DNA of 64,000 bases from the NCBI GenBank assembly GCA_965200155.1, contig CBDATR010000010.1:224001-288000 (forward strand). The letters are read 5' to 3'. Position 1 is the stretch's first letter. The number at the start of each line of letters is the position of its first letter. The notes under the pieces are model-generated. The model saw only the letters and a list, made by a program, of their open reading frames with translations, searched no databases and was not told the origin of the DNA. The position numbers and the translations under genes were made by a program. Source of the stretch: Nitrosopumilaceae archaeon. Its GTDB lineage: Archaea; Thermoproteota; Nitrososphaeria; Nitrososphaerales; Nitrosopumilaceae. Shown here piece after piece: positions 20,219 through 31,058 of the stretch.

Positions 20219-20788
20219 TTGAACCCATATCTTGTGTCCAAGCACTTGCAGGAGGAGGATACAGGCTACAAAGTCTTCTTGTACGTGTTCTATGTCAGCG
20301 CCGCCATAATGATAAGCATTACAGCATTCGGGTTTTATGCCAGCACGCTGGAGTGGCTGGAGAATGGAACGTACGTCATGGGGGAGGTCATACATAATAC
20401 TGTGGTCCCCTTTGAAAATTTTGCCCGCCTTTCCACATGGCTCTTCTTCTCCAGTATAATTGGGTGGTACTGCGTCTCCCGCATAGGGTGGAAGAAGACT
20501 GTTGCAGGCAAAATATCAGATAGAAGAATAGCCCTGCTACAGCTTATGCTACTGGGGTTTCTCATAATATCACTGTATGAGGTTCTCTACAACTTTACGG
20601 TACTCAACGCAAAGATTACCGCTGGTATTGCAGAGGGTATTGTGCCTGACATCGACAAGCTGTCGGTGGCGTATCCGGATCCCGATGCCCCATGGAACCT
20701 AGTATTCGCGACAAAGATATTCCTGTCCGCCTCCATAATTAGCGGCCATGCCTTTTACCTAAGTACAAGACCCCGCAAGCAGTTATGA
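20219..20788 (+). CDS. Hypothetical membrane protein
   Basis: 4 TM helices; fills the space between known genes. Confidence 0.7.
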   Translation: MNPYLVSKHLQEEDTGYKVFLYVFYVSAAIMISITAFGFYASTLEWLENGTYVMGEVIHNTVVPFENFARLSTWLFFSSIIGWYCVSRIGWKKTVAGKISDRRIALLQLMLLGFLIISLYEVLYNFTVLNAKITAGIAEGIVPDIDKLSVAYPDPDAPWNLVFATKIFLSASIISGHAFYLSTRPRKQL

Positions 20789-20790
20789 TT

Positions 20791-21558
20791 TCACCCCAGA
20801 TCGTACTTTGATCTGTAACCTCTGGGATTTATCATTAGATCCTTGTACGTATAGGTAGAGGAGTTGCCAACTATTACAGTGCTTATCATGCCAAGCTTGT
20901 CAGAGTGTTCTGGTAAATCCTCTAGCGTGGTAAGTACCACGGTCTGAGACTCACGATATGCTCCCTTTATGATAGCAACTGGGGTCTCCGGCTTTCTGTA
21001 CTTGAGCATTATCTTACGGGCATCCTGGAGTTGGCGGACGCGTTTTTTACTGGACGGGTTATATATGACAGTGACAAAGTCACCTGCAGCTGCGGCATCT
21101 ACACGCTTTGCTATAATTTCCCATGGAACCAGCAGATCGCTCATACTTAGTACGGCAAAATCAGTCATAAGGGGAGAGCCCACAATGGCCGAGCACGAGT
21201 TCAAGGCCGAGACGCCGGGTATTACCTCCACAGGAAGATCGCCCCGAGGATCCCAGCCGGATTCGGCCAATGTTTCGTATATGAGACCGGCCATTCCATA
21301 TATGCCCGGATCCCCGCTGGATACCAGAGATACAATACGGCCTGACTTTGCCAAATCTATACACTGCTGAGCACGCTCAACCTCCTGGGTCATGGCATAA
21401 CTGTAGACATCCTTGTCCTGTATGAGATTCTCTACCAGTTTAACATATGTGGTATATCCCACTATGGTATCACTACGTTCTATGGCTTTCTTTGCACTGT
21501 ATGTCATGTGATCGTTGTGTCCAGGCCCAACACCCACTATGTAGAGACGCCCACTCAT
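20791..21558 (-). CDS. cobJ: Precorrin-3B C17-methyltransferase
   Basis: YIVGVGPG, VSSGDPGIYGMAG, SMSDLLVPW, INPRGY. Confidence 0.93.
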   Translation of the reverse strand: MSGRLYIVGVGPGHNDHMTYSAKKAIERSDTIVGYTTYVKLVENLIQDKDVYSYAMTQEVERAQQCIDLAKSGRIVSLVSSGDPGIYGMAGLIYETLAESGWDPRGDLPVEVIPGVSALNSCSAIVGSPLMTDFAVLSMSDLLVPWEIIAKRVDAAAAGDFVTVIYNPSSKKRVRQLQDARKIMLKYRKPETPVAIIKGAYRESQTVVLTTLEDLPEHSDKLGMISTVIVGNSSTYTYKDLMINPRGYRSKYDLG

Positions 21559-21592
21559 GCTTTCATGTATCTTGTGAACCCAATTTAGGGTT

Positions 21593-23050
21593 TTACTGGA
21601 AAGGATCTATAAAGGGACAGTTTACTATATGATCGGCGTTCGCCGGTCGAGCTATAGAGGTAGTCAGCATCTCCTGTGACCTGTAATAGTCAATATCTCC
21701 CCTAGTTTCCAACAGCTTGGCATCTTCAGGATTATTCCACTCTACCAAGTATATACGCCACATTGGGCTATAGTTTTCATCTCCGGGAGCTGCGCTGGCT
21801 ATGCCTGGCTGGAATCCTATGGGACCGGTACCCTCTAATCCATTGGTAAACTGGAAGAGGTCCACGGCCGCGGCGTTGACTATAAGAGCTGCTGAAACCG
21901 GTGAGTAAATAACGCCCATATTGTTGGCGGGATTTGCCGGGGTTGCATCAGTTACAATATAGTAAATAGTCTCCCCATCTGGACCCCATCCACGATGAGC
22001 CACAAAGGTGACTATCATCTCTTCCTCGTCTATATTGGTAACCTGGCCCCCGCCATAGGGCATATCATCAGTGATATCGGGACTCTCACGTACCACCATC
22101 TGCCCATCCGGCCACACTATATGCGGCGCATTGACTACAATGCCAGAATACTCCATGGTAAGCCGACCAGCCCCAACGGCGTCTTCTACATCTGAGGCAT
22201 GCTGCAAGGGGGACATATTTTGTCCGGGTCTCCAAGTCAGCTCCACCATCTTACTGAGGGCGCCATACTCGACCTCTTGGCCGGGAGTATACTTGAAGAC
22301 CTCTGACTGGTATCCATACAGTCCGTCACCGGACACACCGTTGGTGAAGACATACATCACGTTTAGTATTTCCTCGGGCGTGCTACTGAGCGGCGGAGCC
22401 ACCTCCACACGCCAATCCTGCACTTCGGTTATATTCTCAGCCCATTCCTGGTCGCTCGCATCGGTTATGATATACATTACATCACCGCCTTCATGATACC
22501 CGGCATGCATGGGTAATGTAGCCGGTACACTGGCACGCGCCAGAGACAATGTAGGTACAGGTTCCTCCTGAACTGGGTTTTGTAGTACAATCTCGGTGGG
22601 CTGGCCCCTTATCCAGCCATCCACAGTTACGGTAGCAGCAAACTCGTCTCCCCTAGTATGCAGCATCAGTCCAGCGCCTGCATACTCTACTGTACCGGCA
22701 CTACTGCCACTATCAATAAAGGTCCAACCATATATCGTCTGATCATCTATACGCCATACAGGCTGTCCCAAGGCATCCTCAGGATCAATCTCGTGCAGTA
22801 TGGCAACCTGGACAGGTGCGCTAGCTGTATACGTAAGCGTTCCGTCATATATGGTTCCCGGATTGGGGGAATGTATCATTACAATCTGGTGAGTCTCATG
22901 ACCCTGGCCAGGCGAGAGTGTAGACTGATCAGTGTGAGTAAAGTGGTACTTTTTGTTTATCCCAGCAAGAGCGCTTTGTTCCGGCAAGGTAGCTGCCAAT
23001 AACAGACCCACCGCCAAAATAGCACCACAAGCGAGCAACACCTTTTTCAT
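21593..23050 (-). CDS. Exported protein with two internal repeat domains
   Basis: Signal peptide; repeated YI(I/V)TDA...FTNG..G.G..G(Y/F)Q...VVNAP/IVNCP. Confidence 0.75.
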   Translation of the reverse strand: MKKVLLACGAILAVGLLLAATLPEQSALAGINKKYHFTHTDQSTLSPGQGHETHQIVMIHSPNPGTIYDGTLTYTASAPVQVAILHEIDPEDALGQPVWRIDDQTIYGWTFIDSGSSAGTVEYAGAGLMLHTRGDEFAATVTVDGWIRGQPTEIVLQNPVQEEPVPTLSLARASVPATLPMHAGYHEGGDVMYIITDASDQEWAENITEVQDWRVEVAPPLSSTPEEILNVMYVFTNGVSGDGLYGYQSEVFKYTPGQEVEYGALSKMVELTWRPGQNMSPLQHASDVEDAVGAGRLTMEYSGIVVNAPHIVWPDGQMVVRESPDITDDMPYGGGQVTNIDEEEMIVTFVAHRGWGPDGETIYYIVTDATPANPANNMGVIYSPVSAALIVNAAAVDLFQFTNGLEGTGPIGFQPGIASAAPGDENYSPMWRIYLVEWNNPEDAKLLETRGDIDYYRSQEMLTTSIARPANADHIVNCPFIDPFQ

Positions 23051-23194
23051 ATTCTATTCCTTCTTTAGCGCGTTTAAAAGTTTTTTTTACGCGAGTTCAC
23101 ACCCCGGTTGCACGTACAAATTTGAAATATGGGCAAATTTGTGCACGGAGTATGCCATTACAATATATCATTAAAAGTATAATTTATCCCGGCT

Positions 23195-24106
23195 CTAAAT
23201 GTTGAGTGACTCTTTGAGACCCTTGTAACGGTTACGTATAGTGACTTCAGTTACATTAGCCGCCTCTGCTATGTCCCGCTGTGTCTTGTCCTCATCATAC
23301 TTGACGCAAGCCAGATACAGTGCGGCGGCCGCCAGACCCATTGGGTCCTTGCCAGCAGAGACCTCGTTCTTTTGAGCCTCCCGCAATACCTGGGTTGCGT
23401 GTCGCTTTGTCTTCTCTGAGATGCCGATGTGGCTTGCGATTCGTGCCACACATTGTATGGCATCAGTTACTGGCATTTTGAGATCAAGCTCATTGACCAG
23501 CAGGCGATAACAACGGGCAATATCTTTACGTTTTATGTTGGCAGCTTTTTCCACATCCTTAAGATTGCGGGCAGTTGCAGTATCCCGGCAGGCAGCGTAC
23601 AATGCAGACGCCATGAGAGCAGATATGGACCTGCCCCGGACTAATCCCTTGTCCAAGGCCTTGCGGTATATGTAGGCCGCCTTCTCCACTACAACATCAG
23701 ATAGCGCCAGCTTATCCTTGAGGCGGTTCAGCTCACCAAAAGCCTGACGGAAGTTGCGATCCACAGGCTCGTGTACCTGACTACGGTTGTCCCAAGTACG
23801 TAACCGCTCTATTGTAGTCTTCATAGAAGCAGTGAGTGGTCTGCCTGACGCATCCTTGTTTATCGGGTTGATTATAGTGGCCAGCCCCATATCATGTATG
23901 GTCAATGATGTTGGCGCCCCTGCCCTGGCACGGTCACCGTGCTCATCCTGTGTAAAAGAGCGCCATTCGGGTCCGGACTCTTGCAGTTTCTCAGTTATTA
24001 CAAAACCACACTTGGAGCAACACAGTTCGCCTGACTCATTGTCAGTAACCAGCATACCCTGAACACAACGTGGACAGGTCTCCTCAATTCTTTCCCTACT
24101 TACCAT
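23195..24106 (-). CDS. tfb: Transcription initiation factor IIB
   Basis: Zn ribbon CPRC..CSKCG, GPEWRSF, GKDPMGLAAAALY, TEVTIRNRYK. Confidence 0.97.
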   Translation of the reverse strand: MVSRERIEETCPRCVQGMLVTDNESGELCCSKCGFVITEKLQESGPEWRSFTQDEHGDRARAGAPTSLTIHDMGLATIINPINKDASGRPLTASMKTTIERLRTWDNRSQVHEPVDRNFRQAFGELNRLKDKLALSDVVVEKAAYIYRKALDKGLVRGRSISALMASALYAACRDTATARNLKDVEKAANIKRKDIARCYRLLVNELDLKMPVTDAIQCVARIASHIGISEKTKRHATQVLREAQKNEVSAGKDPMGLAAAALYLACVKYDEDKTQRDIAEAANVTEVTIRNRYKGLKESLNI

Positions 24107-24184
24107 TGTTAATAGTTCTCTAATGATACATATAAATCAAAAAGCTTTTATCGCATAATTTTCCCCAAGACAACTTCGAGAGTG

Positions 24185-25333
24185 TTAAAGATGACTGAGC
24201 TTTTGATCTGCCACGTTTAGTCCGGCCTGTGGATCTGTATCATATCCCATCATGGCAAGGGTGGAGGATATAGCAGATATGGTCCTCATTACATGATAAC
24301 GGTTCACCTCACCCATGCAGCCTACACGGAAGACCTTGCCCTTCAAGTTTCCAAAACCGCCAGCTACCAATACGCGGAATTTTTCTGCCAGTGTGTTACG
24401 GAAGGTCTTGTCTTCAAGGCCCTCCAGATAGTTTAGTGCAATAACAACTGTAGAACGAGAATCTTCCTGGGCAAAGGGGGTAAGACCTATGGCGCTGAGC
24501 CCATCGTACAGAGCCGATGAGCAAACACGGTGCCGGTGTATACGATTCTCCAAACCTTCCTCCAGTATGATATCCATGGCTTCGTTGTATGCGTACAGCA
24601 AAGGCAATGCTGGTGTGAAGGGTGTATGTGTAGACTCCTCATAGTACTTGAAGTATCGTGGGAGATTAAAGTACATAGTGTTAGGGGGAGTATTCATCAT
24701 GTATTTTTTAGTTCTGGCATTTACGCATATGGGAGATATTCCCGGAGGCGCTGCAAAGGCCTTTTGGGCACCAGTCATGGCAATGTCCACACCCCATTTA
24801 TCCATCTCCAGCATCTCTCCGCCCACTATAGAGACACCGTCTACCACATAGAAAGAGTCGTTTCTAGAAGTAAGATCCTTGATTCTGTCCAGATAGTTTA
24901 TCATGGTTCCTGTGGATGTCTCATTCCATACACAGTAGAACGCCTTTACGTTAGAATTGTTATCAAAGGCCTCTCGTATCTGATCCAGCGTGGCATTTAT
25001 GCCCGGCTTGGTCTCTATACGTATGGTTTGACCGCCAGCCCATTCTATCATTTGAGCCAGCCTGCTACTGAACTCCCCATTCACTGGTATTATGACCTTG
25101 TCGCCTTTCTTGATCAAGTTTACTACACTAGCCTCCACCGCGCCAGTACCCGAGGCAGAGAGGCAGACCGCGTCACCATCAGTCCGAAATACCTGCTTTG
25201 TCTTTTCAACACACGGTTTGTAGAGTCTAACAAAGTCGTCACTGCGGTGATTTATCATGGGAACGTACATGGCCCTAGTTACCCTTTCGGGAACATTTGT
25301 AGGACCGGGAAGCATTACCAGATATTCCAACAA
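24185..25333 (-). CDS. Class V aminotransferase (alanine/serine-glyoxylate type)
   Basis: MLPGPT, SGTGAVEA, NETSTG, GAQKAFAAPPG, FRVGCMG. Confidence 0.92.
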   Translation of the reverse strand: MLEYLVMLPGPTNVPERVTRAMYVPMINHRSDDFVRLYKPCVEKTKQVFRTDGDAVCLSASGTGAVEASVVNLIKKGDKVIIPVNGEFSSRLAQMIEWAGGQTIRIETKPGINATLDQIREAFDNNSNVKAFYCVWNETSTGTMINYLDRIKDLTSRNDSFYVVDGVSIVGGEMLEMDKWGVDIAMTGAQKAFAAPPGISPICVNARTKKYMMNTPPNTMYFNLPRYFKYYEESTHTPFTPALPLLYAYNEAMDIILEEGLENRIHRHRVCSSALYDGLSAIGLTPFAQEDSRSTVVIALNYLEGLEDKTFRNTLAEKFRVLVAGGFGNLKGKVFRVGCMGEVNRYHVMRTISAISSTLAMMGYDTDPQAGLNVADQKLSHL

Positions 25334-25362
25334 TGCATGTGGACGTTAACGCTTATTTATAA

Positions 25363-25869
25363 TTAGGTCTCAAAACCCAAACTTCTTACCACACGGGCCG
25401 TGCCTCCAGGTACCAAATGTTGCCAAGGCATATTTGTGGCCATTCTAGTCCGAATTACTGTTCCAGAGAGATCAGTCCTGTTCAGAAATGGTATACCGTA
25501 CACACTGGTATTGGCCATAAGCTTAGTGGTGAGAGAGTCATTAGTGAATATTGTATTAAAGGGCGGCAGTGTCTTGTACAACATCCTCACCCATTCCTTA
25601 TGATTGTCAACATCAGGTACCATATGTATGGTAATGCGCCCAAGCATTGCATCACTAACAGACTGGGTTATCATGTCATACCTCTCCTGTGCATTATAGG
25701 GATTATCGGTCTCCCGAGACTTGTTGGAGCTGCCTATGCCCAAGAGCAGCTGATCTACCTTAGACAAGGCATACTTCAATGCATGTAAATGCCCTAGATG
25801 GAAAGGCTGAAACCGGCCCAATAGAAGTCCCACACTGGGAGATGTATCAGACAAGTCCGTCGATGACAT
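25363..25869 (-). CDS. Nicotinamide-nucleotide adenylyltransferase
   Basis: GRFQPFHLGH, GIGSS, SGTVIR, WQHLVP. Confidence 0.9.
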   Translation of the reverse strand: MSSTDLSDTSPSVGLLLGRFQPFHLGHLHALKYALSKVDQLLLGIGSSNKSRETDNPYNAQERYDMITQSVSDAMLGRITIHMVPDVDNHKEWVRMLYKTLPPFNTIFTNDSLTTKLMANTSVYGIPFLNRTDLSGTVIRTRMATNMPWQHLVPGGTARVVRSLGFET

Positions 25870-26102
25870 AATGATAGGGCGCACCAATTTTAGGAATATG
25901 CACGTTTCCGTGAAGAGAATAGTATGGATATCTATTTGGTCAATCAGAAGCACCACTATGCAGTCGTATGATTGTGTAGGTTCACCTGTGTCAGGATTTA
26001 CACATGACGGTGTGCACTATTGATCCTGCCACTTCACGACATGTTATTCAGGAAGGCGCAATCTTTAGTAAGACTTAACAGTGGCAGTTATACTCCCCCA
26101 TC

Positions 26103-27251
26103 ATGTACTATACAGGCATAGCAGTAATTGCGTTAGGACTATTCTCGTCCGCAGGCTTTGCATTTGCAGAGATACCGGAGGAGGTTAGGATAGGCGGAAT
26201 ATTTGACAAGAATTGGGCAGAAGGTGACGAGAGTTCGCGCACCGCGGCTATAGCAGTGGAGGACTTTAATTTATACCTCGACAACATTGGCGCTGAGTGG
26301 CAGTTTTCTCTGGAAGTGGAGGATGCGGAGTCTCGCAGTTCCGTAGCCTTGGACAAAATACAGGCGTTTAGAAGTGCCGGTGTTGATAAAATCATAGGCA
26401 TGGCGTTCAGCTCACACATCAATTTAGCTGCAAGTTACATCGATAGAAATAACATGCTAGTCATATCACATGGCTCACAAGCAGAGAATCTTGCAATAGA
26501 TGATTCAATATTCAGGCTTGTGCCGAATGACGGAAACCAAGCCCCGCCAATCGTAGAAATGTTAAATGATGCCGGGATAGAGGTTCTGGTAACCGTGGTT
26601 AGAGGAGACACATGGGGCGATGGACTGATCGCGACCGTCAGTGAGCTCTACGAGGGTACCGTAGAACCGGGATTCCGGTACAACCCTGACGCGGCGGACT
26701 TTTCCGTAGAGGCGGCCTTGCTGGACGGCATCATAGCAGATTTGATAAATGAGCATGGTGCAGACAAGATAGGCGTACTTTACATCGGAACCGATGAGTT
26801 TCTGTTGCTTATGCAGGCCATGGACAGCTACAACAATGTTGACAGAGTGAGATGGTTTTCCACCAATACGCAGTCCGTCAAATCATACTTCTTCGAGGAT
26901 CCGGCAGCAATTGAGTTTGCCAAGGACACGCAGTTTACTGCCACAAGATCAGTTTTCATGGTAGATAACGGACTAAAGGACGATCTCGATTCCAAGTTCA
27001 CGGAGCTATACAATGCGACCATCAGCACGTATGGTTATGCTTCCTATGATTCAGTATGGCTCCTAGGCCTAGCAATGCTCCAGACTCAAAGCGCTGATCC
27101 CGTCATACTAACTTCTGCCATACCACACGTTGCCGCCCATATGCTGGGAACTTCAGGTGATCTTACACTCACAGAATACGGCGACTTGGCTAGCTCCTCG
27201 TTTGAAGTTTGGCAGACAGGAGATGACGGCTGGTTTCTCATAGAACCCTAG
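26103..27251 (+). CDS. Branched-chain-amino-acid-type ABC substrate-binding protein
   Basis: Signal peptide; AVEDFN, IFRLVPND, RGDTWGDG, YDSVWLL. Confidence 0.8.
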   Translation: MYYTGIAVIALGLFSSAGFAFAEIPEEVRIGGIFDKNWAEGDESSRTAAIAVEDFNLYLDNIGAEWQFSLEVEDAESRSSVALDKIQAFRSAGVDKIIGMAFSSHINLAASYIDRNNMLVISHGSQAENLAIDDSIFRLVPNDGNQAPPIVEMLNDAGIEVLVTVVRGDTWGDGLIATVSELYEGTVEPGFRYNPDAADFSVEAALLDGIIADLINEHGADKIGVLYIGTDEFLLLMQAMDSYNNVDRVRWFSTNTQSVKSYFFEDPAAIEFAKDTQFTATRSVFMVDNGLKDDLDSKFTELYNATISTYGYASYDSVWLLGLAMLQTQSADPVILTSAIPHVAAHMLGTSGDLTLTEYGDLASSSFEVWQTGDDGWFLIEP

Positions 27252-27363
27252 TATTTTTCTTATTTCCACTGAGCGAGATTATACCCGCTTATGGCATACT
27301 ACTGATCAAGAACCGCGCACATGGCGCCGCAAAGGTTATTCGATTATCCCATCACATATCACC

Positions 27364-27786
27364 ATGAAATACTTTCTGGCCATACTGCCGCTAACCGCAA
27401 TAGCCATCCTGGTAGTATGGTTGGGCTCTACAGATAGCCCAAGAGAGGCAGAGTTTCACGTAACGCTGGCCATGTCTGATCAGTATGCATCTGGAGTATA
27501 TACCGAGTCGTTTCAAGCTGCACAGGGAGACTACTCCTTGCGATTTGTTCCCAACGGGGACAGCCCGCAGACGTTGACAATATTGCTGGATGGATCAGGG
27601 GTATCATTTAACCAGACATATACGTTAAAGGGAACACTCCATGAAACGGGCATCTCAAAGTACCATACTTGGGAATATGAGGGCATTCACGATATCAGTG
27701 TACCCCATGACCAGATGCTGAGCATAGTTGTTGATCCTCACGGAAACACAATGGGCCCAATATCAGTCAGTCTAGTTAAGAATTAA
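27364..27786 (+). CDS. Hypothetical exported protein
   Basis: N-terminal hydrophobic segment, 140-aa ORF. Confidence 0.7.
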   Translation: MKYFLAILPLTAIAILVVWLGSTDSPREAEFHVTLAMSDQYASGVYTESFQAAQGDYSLRFVPNGDSPQTLTILLDGSGVSFNQTYTLKGTLHETGISKYHTWEYEGIHDISVPHDQMLSIVVDPHGNTMGPISVSLVKN

Positions 27787-27788
27787 GG

Positions 27789-27873
27789 GCACAACCCCGT
27801 TCAGAAGTATGAGAGATTTCCTCTCCCTGTCAAGCTCGGCTTGACACCTCAATACCATTCTGTGGGGTTGCGC
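27789..27873. ncRNA. Candidate structured RNA (three-way junction), unknown family
   Basis: Nested stems GCACAACCCC/GGGGTTGCGC, CAGAA/TTCTG, GAGA/TCTC, TGTCAAGC/GCTTGACA. Confidence 0.45.
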
Positions 27874-28132
27874 GGTGTCAGTCGATTGATGTTTCTATCG
27901 TTGACATTAACATAATTACGTGGTTTTAGTATAAAAATGTGTATAATGATTTATGATTAACACAGGCTATTAATCTAAATTATTTGGAAAATATAATGAA
28001 AATTATTAAATATACACACCAAAAATTCTGCAAAACATCTCCAAATCCCGGATACTGGACTTATGTTAGTGAAACGCCTGTTTCAGAGTGTGTTTCAGCC
28101 CACTCCTCTTAATACGCAGTATCGTATAGTAG

Positions 28133-28423
28133 ATGTTGACAAGAAAACAGTATAGATCCGAGATTGGGATTGTAGTTGACATACTGGATGTTACCATCAA
28201 TGCCGGAAGAGACGGTGCTCCCGTATCCATGATAACGCGGAGGGCGAATGTTTCACACTGCGCAGCGGTGCAAAAGTGCGACAAGTTAGTGGGTGCCGGT
28301 CTGGTACAGTCTAACAAGACTCCTCGTAGCAAGGTCTTTACGATTACCGAGAAAGGGCTGGGATTTGCAAGAGATCTGCGCAGGTTCCTGGATCTGGCAG
28401 ACAGTCTGAATCTTAGGTACTAG
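28133..28423 (+). CDS. Winged-helix transcription regulator
   Basis: YRSEIGIVVDIL...ITRRANVS...LVGAGLV...FTITEKG. Confidence 0.88.
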   Translation: MLTRKQYRSEIGIVVDILDVTINAGRDGAPVSMITRRANVSHCAAVQKCDKLVGAGLVQSNKTPRSKVFTITEKGLGFARDLRRFLDLADSLNLRY

Positions 28424-28507
28424 TCATGAATAGGATACTAGTAGCTTTGAAGGCGCGTATAGACATGGGCAATAATTTTAGTAATAAGAACAATAAGCAT
28501 CACGACT

Positions 28508-29410
28508 ATGATGCGAGTGGTAATTATGCTGGGAATGGTGGTCATTGTGGGCTGCGCGTCCAGCGCATATGCCAGCTACGATTTGTTGGACGTTACGCTA
28601 TATCGGGATGGGTTGGCGCATATTCGAGTGGTGCTTGAGGTGGATCCGCTGACACCCACATTTCCCTTGGAGTTATTTGGGCCAACAATAGACAATTTTG
28701 TAGCTGCTGATGAGGAAGGCAGACTGTTAGTAGCAGGCATAACTGATAGGGTAGCTGCCCTGTCTACATTTGGCTCTGAGACGATTGAGGTAAATTATGA
28801 TTTACATGACCTGGTGTCTAAGGAGGGGCGAGTCTGGACCTTTTATTTTGATGCACCACAAAATTACACACTCACTATGCCCAGCGATGCAGTAATAGTT
28901 GGTATTGACACCATACCGCAAAGTCTAACAGTAATTGAGGAACAGGTCAGTCTTGAGATACCGCGGGGACCAGCAGAGATAAACTATGTCCTGAATGTGC
29001 CAGTGTCCACCGAGCCCATCCTCACTGCAGATGTGCAGGACAACAGCACAACCTATGCATTACTGGCGGGAGTTCCTGCTGCCGCGGGGGCAGGAGGCAT
29101 CATACTTGCCATCAGGTCCAAGCGAGCTCGCGCTTCTGGTTTGGCTAGCATGCCACCCCCTGCACTCTCGGCGGAGGACATCTTCGCAAAGATGCCAGAT
29201 ATCAGGGAGGAAGACAGGGAGATAGTCAAGCACATAGTAGACAATGGGGGAGAGCGGCTAGAAAGCGAACTGCGTAAGGAGTTTTTACAACCCAGGACCA
29301 CCATGTGGAGGGCAGTTAAGAGGTTGGAGAGAATTGGAGTAGTCGAGGTAATAAAAAAAGATGCTCAGAATCTGGTCAGGATGAGGCCAAATCCGGAGGA
29401 TAAGGAATGA
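28508..29410 (+). CDS. Membrane-spanning protein with C-terminal wHTH
   Basis: Signal peptide, TM, ESELRKEFLQPRTTMWRAVKRLER. Confidence 0.8.
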   Translation: MMRVVIMLGMVVIVGCASSAYASYDLLDVTLYRDGLAHIRVVLEVDPLTPTFPLELFGPTIDNFVAADEEGRLLVAGITDRVAALSTFGSETIEVNYDLHDLVSKEGRVWTFYFDAPQNYTLTMPSDAVIVGIDTIPQSLTVIEEQVSLEIPRGPAEINYVLNVPVSTEPILTADVQDNSTTYALLAGVPAAAGAGGIILAIRSKRARASGLASMPPPALSAEDIFAKMPDIREEDREIVKHIVDNGGERLESELRKEFLQPRTTMWRAVKRLERIGVVEVIKKDAQNLVRMRPNPEDKE

Positions 29411-30351
29411 GGAATGCGATACTGATCTTGGTGTTTGTGGCTGCGCTGAGCGTATCGGGCGCAGCAGCGGATCAAGATGCAATGTATGAGATTGCAAAGA
29501 GGGCGCAGATACAGTTGGAGATAGAGATAGGTCCGGACGACTCTGATCAGATAAATGCACTACTAGTACAGGGGACAGAGCTGGTAGAATCCATACGAAC
29601 AGCCAACATGGAGGAAGCCGCGGAGTATTTCCTTGAGGCCATGCAAGTATTTACTGACGCATTCTACATTTTGGAGGTGGACAAGAGTCAGGATGACATA
29701 GACGATGCCTCGGCAAAATTGGTAAGACAGGAGCGAGATTATAAGCACTTGGCATATTTGGCCGGTACCCACGGAGTGAGTGTGGAGACTGCCCATCTGA
29801 ATTCGCTCTTTGAGGAAGCGAGAAGGCAGACCGGGGCGGGCAAAGGTGTGGAAAACACCATCTTTACTGTCATAGATATGGCTCTGGACTCCCTACGAGA
29901 AGAAATAAGCCTGGCAGCCGCAGTGAGAGATCAGGAGCGAGAGGCAGAATACGTTTCGTGGTACGTGGATCATCTGGGGCGGCTCCTGGCCAACTTCGAA
30001 AGGTTTGACATACCATTGGATGACCAGACAAGACTGAGTGATCTCCAGAATGAGTTGGCAACCGCAACAGATTCTTCCACCATACTGTCACTAATCAAGG
30101 AGGTCATATCCATAAAGTATGACCTAAACTTGGCCAATTTTGATCGAATGGAGGTATGGATAAGACAGACAGGGGACCATGTCGATGCGTTACGAGATGC
30201 GCAGCTAGTAGACAACATTATGCACGGTGTGGTTAATGAAATGCTGAGTCAGTGCGAGGATATGATAGGTAGTGGCGCACTGGATGACGCAGAGATACTG
30301 TTAGTCAGGATAGACGGTTGGCTCATTGAGCGAGAACAGGCAGGATCCTGA
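29407..30351 (+). CDS. Hypothetical exported helical acidic protein
   Basis: Signal peptide; 4-bp overlap with the upstream gene. Confidence 0.7.
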   Translation: MRNAILILVFVAALSVSGAAADQDAMYEIAKRAQIQLEIEIGPDDSDQINALLVQGTELVESIRTANMEEAAEYFLEAMQVFTDAFYILEVDKSQDDIDDASAKLVRQERDYKHLAYLAGTHGVSVETAHLNSLFEEARRQTGAGKGVENTIFTVIDMALDSLREEISLAAAVRDQEREAEYVSWYVDHLGRLLANFERFDIPLDDQTRLSDLQNELATATDSSTILSLIKEVISIKYDLNLANFDRMEVWIRQTGDHVDALRDAQLVDNIMHGVVNEMLSQCEDMIGSGALDDAEILLVRIDGWLIEREQAGS

Positions 30352-30790
30352 CGGCGCTTGACAGAGGCAAACATTTCATAGTCAATATACAGCCACAGAT
30401 TACTGGACATTCCAAGCACCACAGGGCCCCCGGGCGCAGATCTAGTCAGAGCGCGGTAGCCATTATCCCATAAATTTATCCAAGTCTGCGACCTAACACT
30501 GTTCATGATACCGTAATTCACAACGTCGTAGGGACAACCGTGTTGCTGTAACAGATAGAACACGTTTTCATGCAGATGGTCATATGCAAGATAACATGCG
30601 TCATTGTAACGTGGCAGAATGCCCAGGGGCACCATTGGCTAATTTAGGTCAGGCATTGCCAGCAAGTGGGTTTTGGCATGACGCCGGATGCATGTATCGC
30701 GTATCTCATTTTGAGTATAGGCAAGGATTGGCGAACGCGCATTGTAACCCGATCTATACTTTAATATTATTTTTCACAGCAAAATGAATT

Positions 30791-30985
30791 GTGGTATCTA
30801 GATCCATAACAGCAGGAGTAGGAATACCCATGATTGTAGTAGGTGCCTTGATGGCCATACTTTGGGCCCCTAATGAGGGCAATATGCAATCTCTAGTGGA
30901 GTTCGTAGGTAGTTTGATAGGAGTGTTGGGGGTTGCATTCTTCATCGCGGGCCTCTTTTACGCAAAAGAGCCTACCCTTCGATGA
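30791..30985 (+). CDS. Small 2-TM membrane protein
   Basis: Two hydrophobic helices; TTTAATA box upstream. Confidence 0.7.
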   Translation: MVSRSITAGVGIPMIVVGALMAILWAPNEGNMQSLVEFVGSLIGVLGVAFFIAGLFYAKEPTLR

Positions 30986-31058
30986 CAGTAAGAGAGGACG
31001 TCTGATCAAATCACACCAATTAGTGCGATCTGCCGTTAAATTTAGACATGGATTAGCT

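Noticed and set aside
30249-30787. ORFs of 128 and 67 aa in the long intergenic region
   Set aside because: No motifs and partial overlap with a real gene; probably decayed DNA.
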